64,000 nt of DNA from Callorhinchus milii (lineage: Eukaryota). The notes beneath the pieces were generated by a model, which was not told the origin of the DNA, made no database searches, and was given only the letters and a program-made list of their open reading frames with translations. The stretch covers positions 33,854,001 to 33,918,000 of the forward strand of contig NW_024704742.1 in assembly GCF_018977255.1 (NCBI RefSeq). The letters are read 5' to 3'. Below, piece by piece: positions 63,201 to 64,000 of this stretch. Position 1 is the stretch's first letter. Each line of letters begins with the position of its first letter. Both the position numbers and the translations under genes were made by a program.

Positions 63201-64000
63201 TGAGTACAAGGTCCAAGAAAATGAAAAAAAACACTTGTTTCACTCATACTGAAGTGTCATTCATAGTCCAGGAAAGCAACGATTTTGGTCACTGGAGAAA
63301 GTCACATCAATCGTATGCAAGGAGAAAGCCAGAAAAGACATGAGCAGCATTCTTAATGACAGATCCACTGCCCAGAAAATGTGGCAGCAGGTTCATTAAG
63401 GTGTCTGAATGATGTGAAAGAAAATCTAAAGCATGAAACTGGCATTCAACAACTAAGTCTGGAAAACCATGTCACAACCATAAGAGGTGAAAAAAAAACT
63501 GACTGAACCACAATAGGTAATCATAGCCTGGAGAGTGCAGAATGCAGAGTGCAAAGGCTGTTTTTATATAATAATCTAAAAGTGTTTTCCCTTCCATGGC
63601 ATGTTGTACAGCAATTGATTTTTAAATTTTGGTTTTAATCACTGGTGATAAGATCAATTTTGCATGTTACCACTTATTGGTGAATCCATAAATAAGGCAC
63701 ATAAATATAACGACAGCACCTTGCAATTATTATAGTGCCCTTCAAAAAGGTTAGTACCAGTGACATAGTTTGACCCCAACCTAGGAGAAAGGGAGGTAAC
63801 CATAGGCATGGTTATAGAGGAAAGTCTTCAGGTATAATCTGAAGTGGAACAAAGAGGGGGTAAGGTGAAAGGATTGAGGTAGGAAGTACCAGAGTTTTGG
63901 GAGGAGAAGTTGAAAGCATGGCTGACAATGGTGGAACAGAGGGATCAAACGATGCACAGAAGGTCCGAGCCAGCTGAGCAAAGACTTTGGGAAGAGAAGT

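Overview
Vertebrate genomic DNA, most likely a cartilaginous fish (holocephalan/elephant-shark-like, inferred from the tRNA-derived SINE, L2 and CR1 repertoire). Two minus-strand genes are supported. FAM241A (C4orf32, DUF4605) is complete with two coding exons (30061-30111 and 20575-20820, 98 aa). AP1AR (gadkin) shows only its first coding exon (13825-13895); I could not find its later exons, which probably lie left of the window. Each gene has a CpG-island promoter with a ~1 kb GC-rich minisatellite immediately upstream: a 42-bp array with CTCF-like cores at AP1AR and a G-tract array at FAM241A. From ~31.4 kb to the end I see no host coding exons. By human synteny this would be the start of the PITX2-side gene desert, and it holds several enhancer-like unique blocks and two strong CTCF motifs. 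The rest is repeats: several SINE families sharing an L2-type tail, L2, CR1 and Tx1 fragments, an internally deleted CR1 split by an L2, a complete 302-bp non-autonomous Helitron, palindromic MITE-like relics, and three short Penelope-like insertions carrying a decayed minimal hammerhead motif (two with target-site duplications). Most long ORFs in the track are artefacts of repeats. Repeat boundaries are approximate, and no database search was run.
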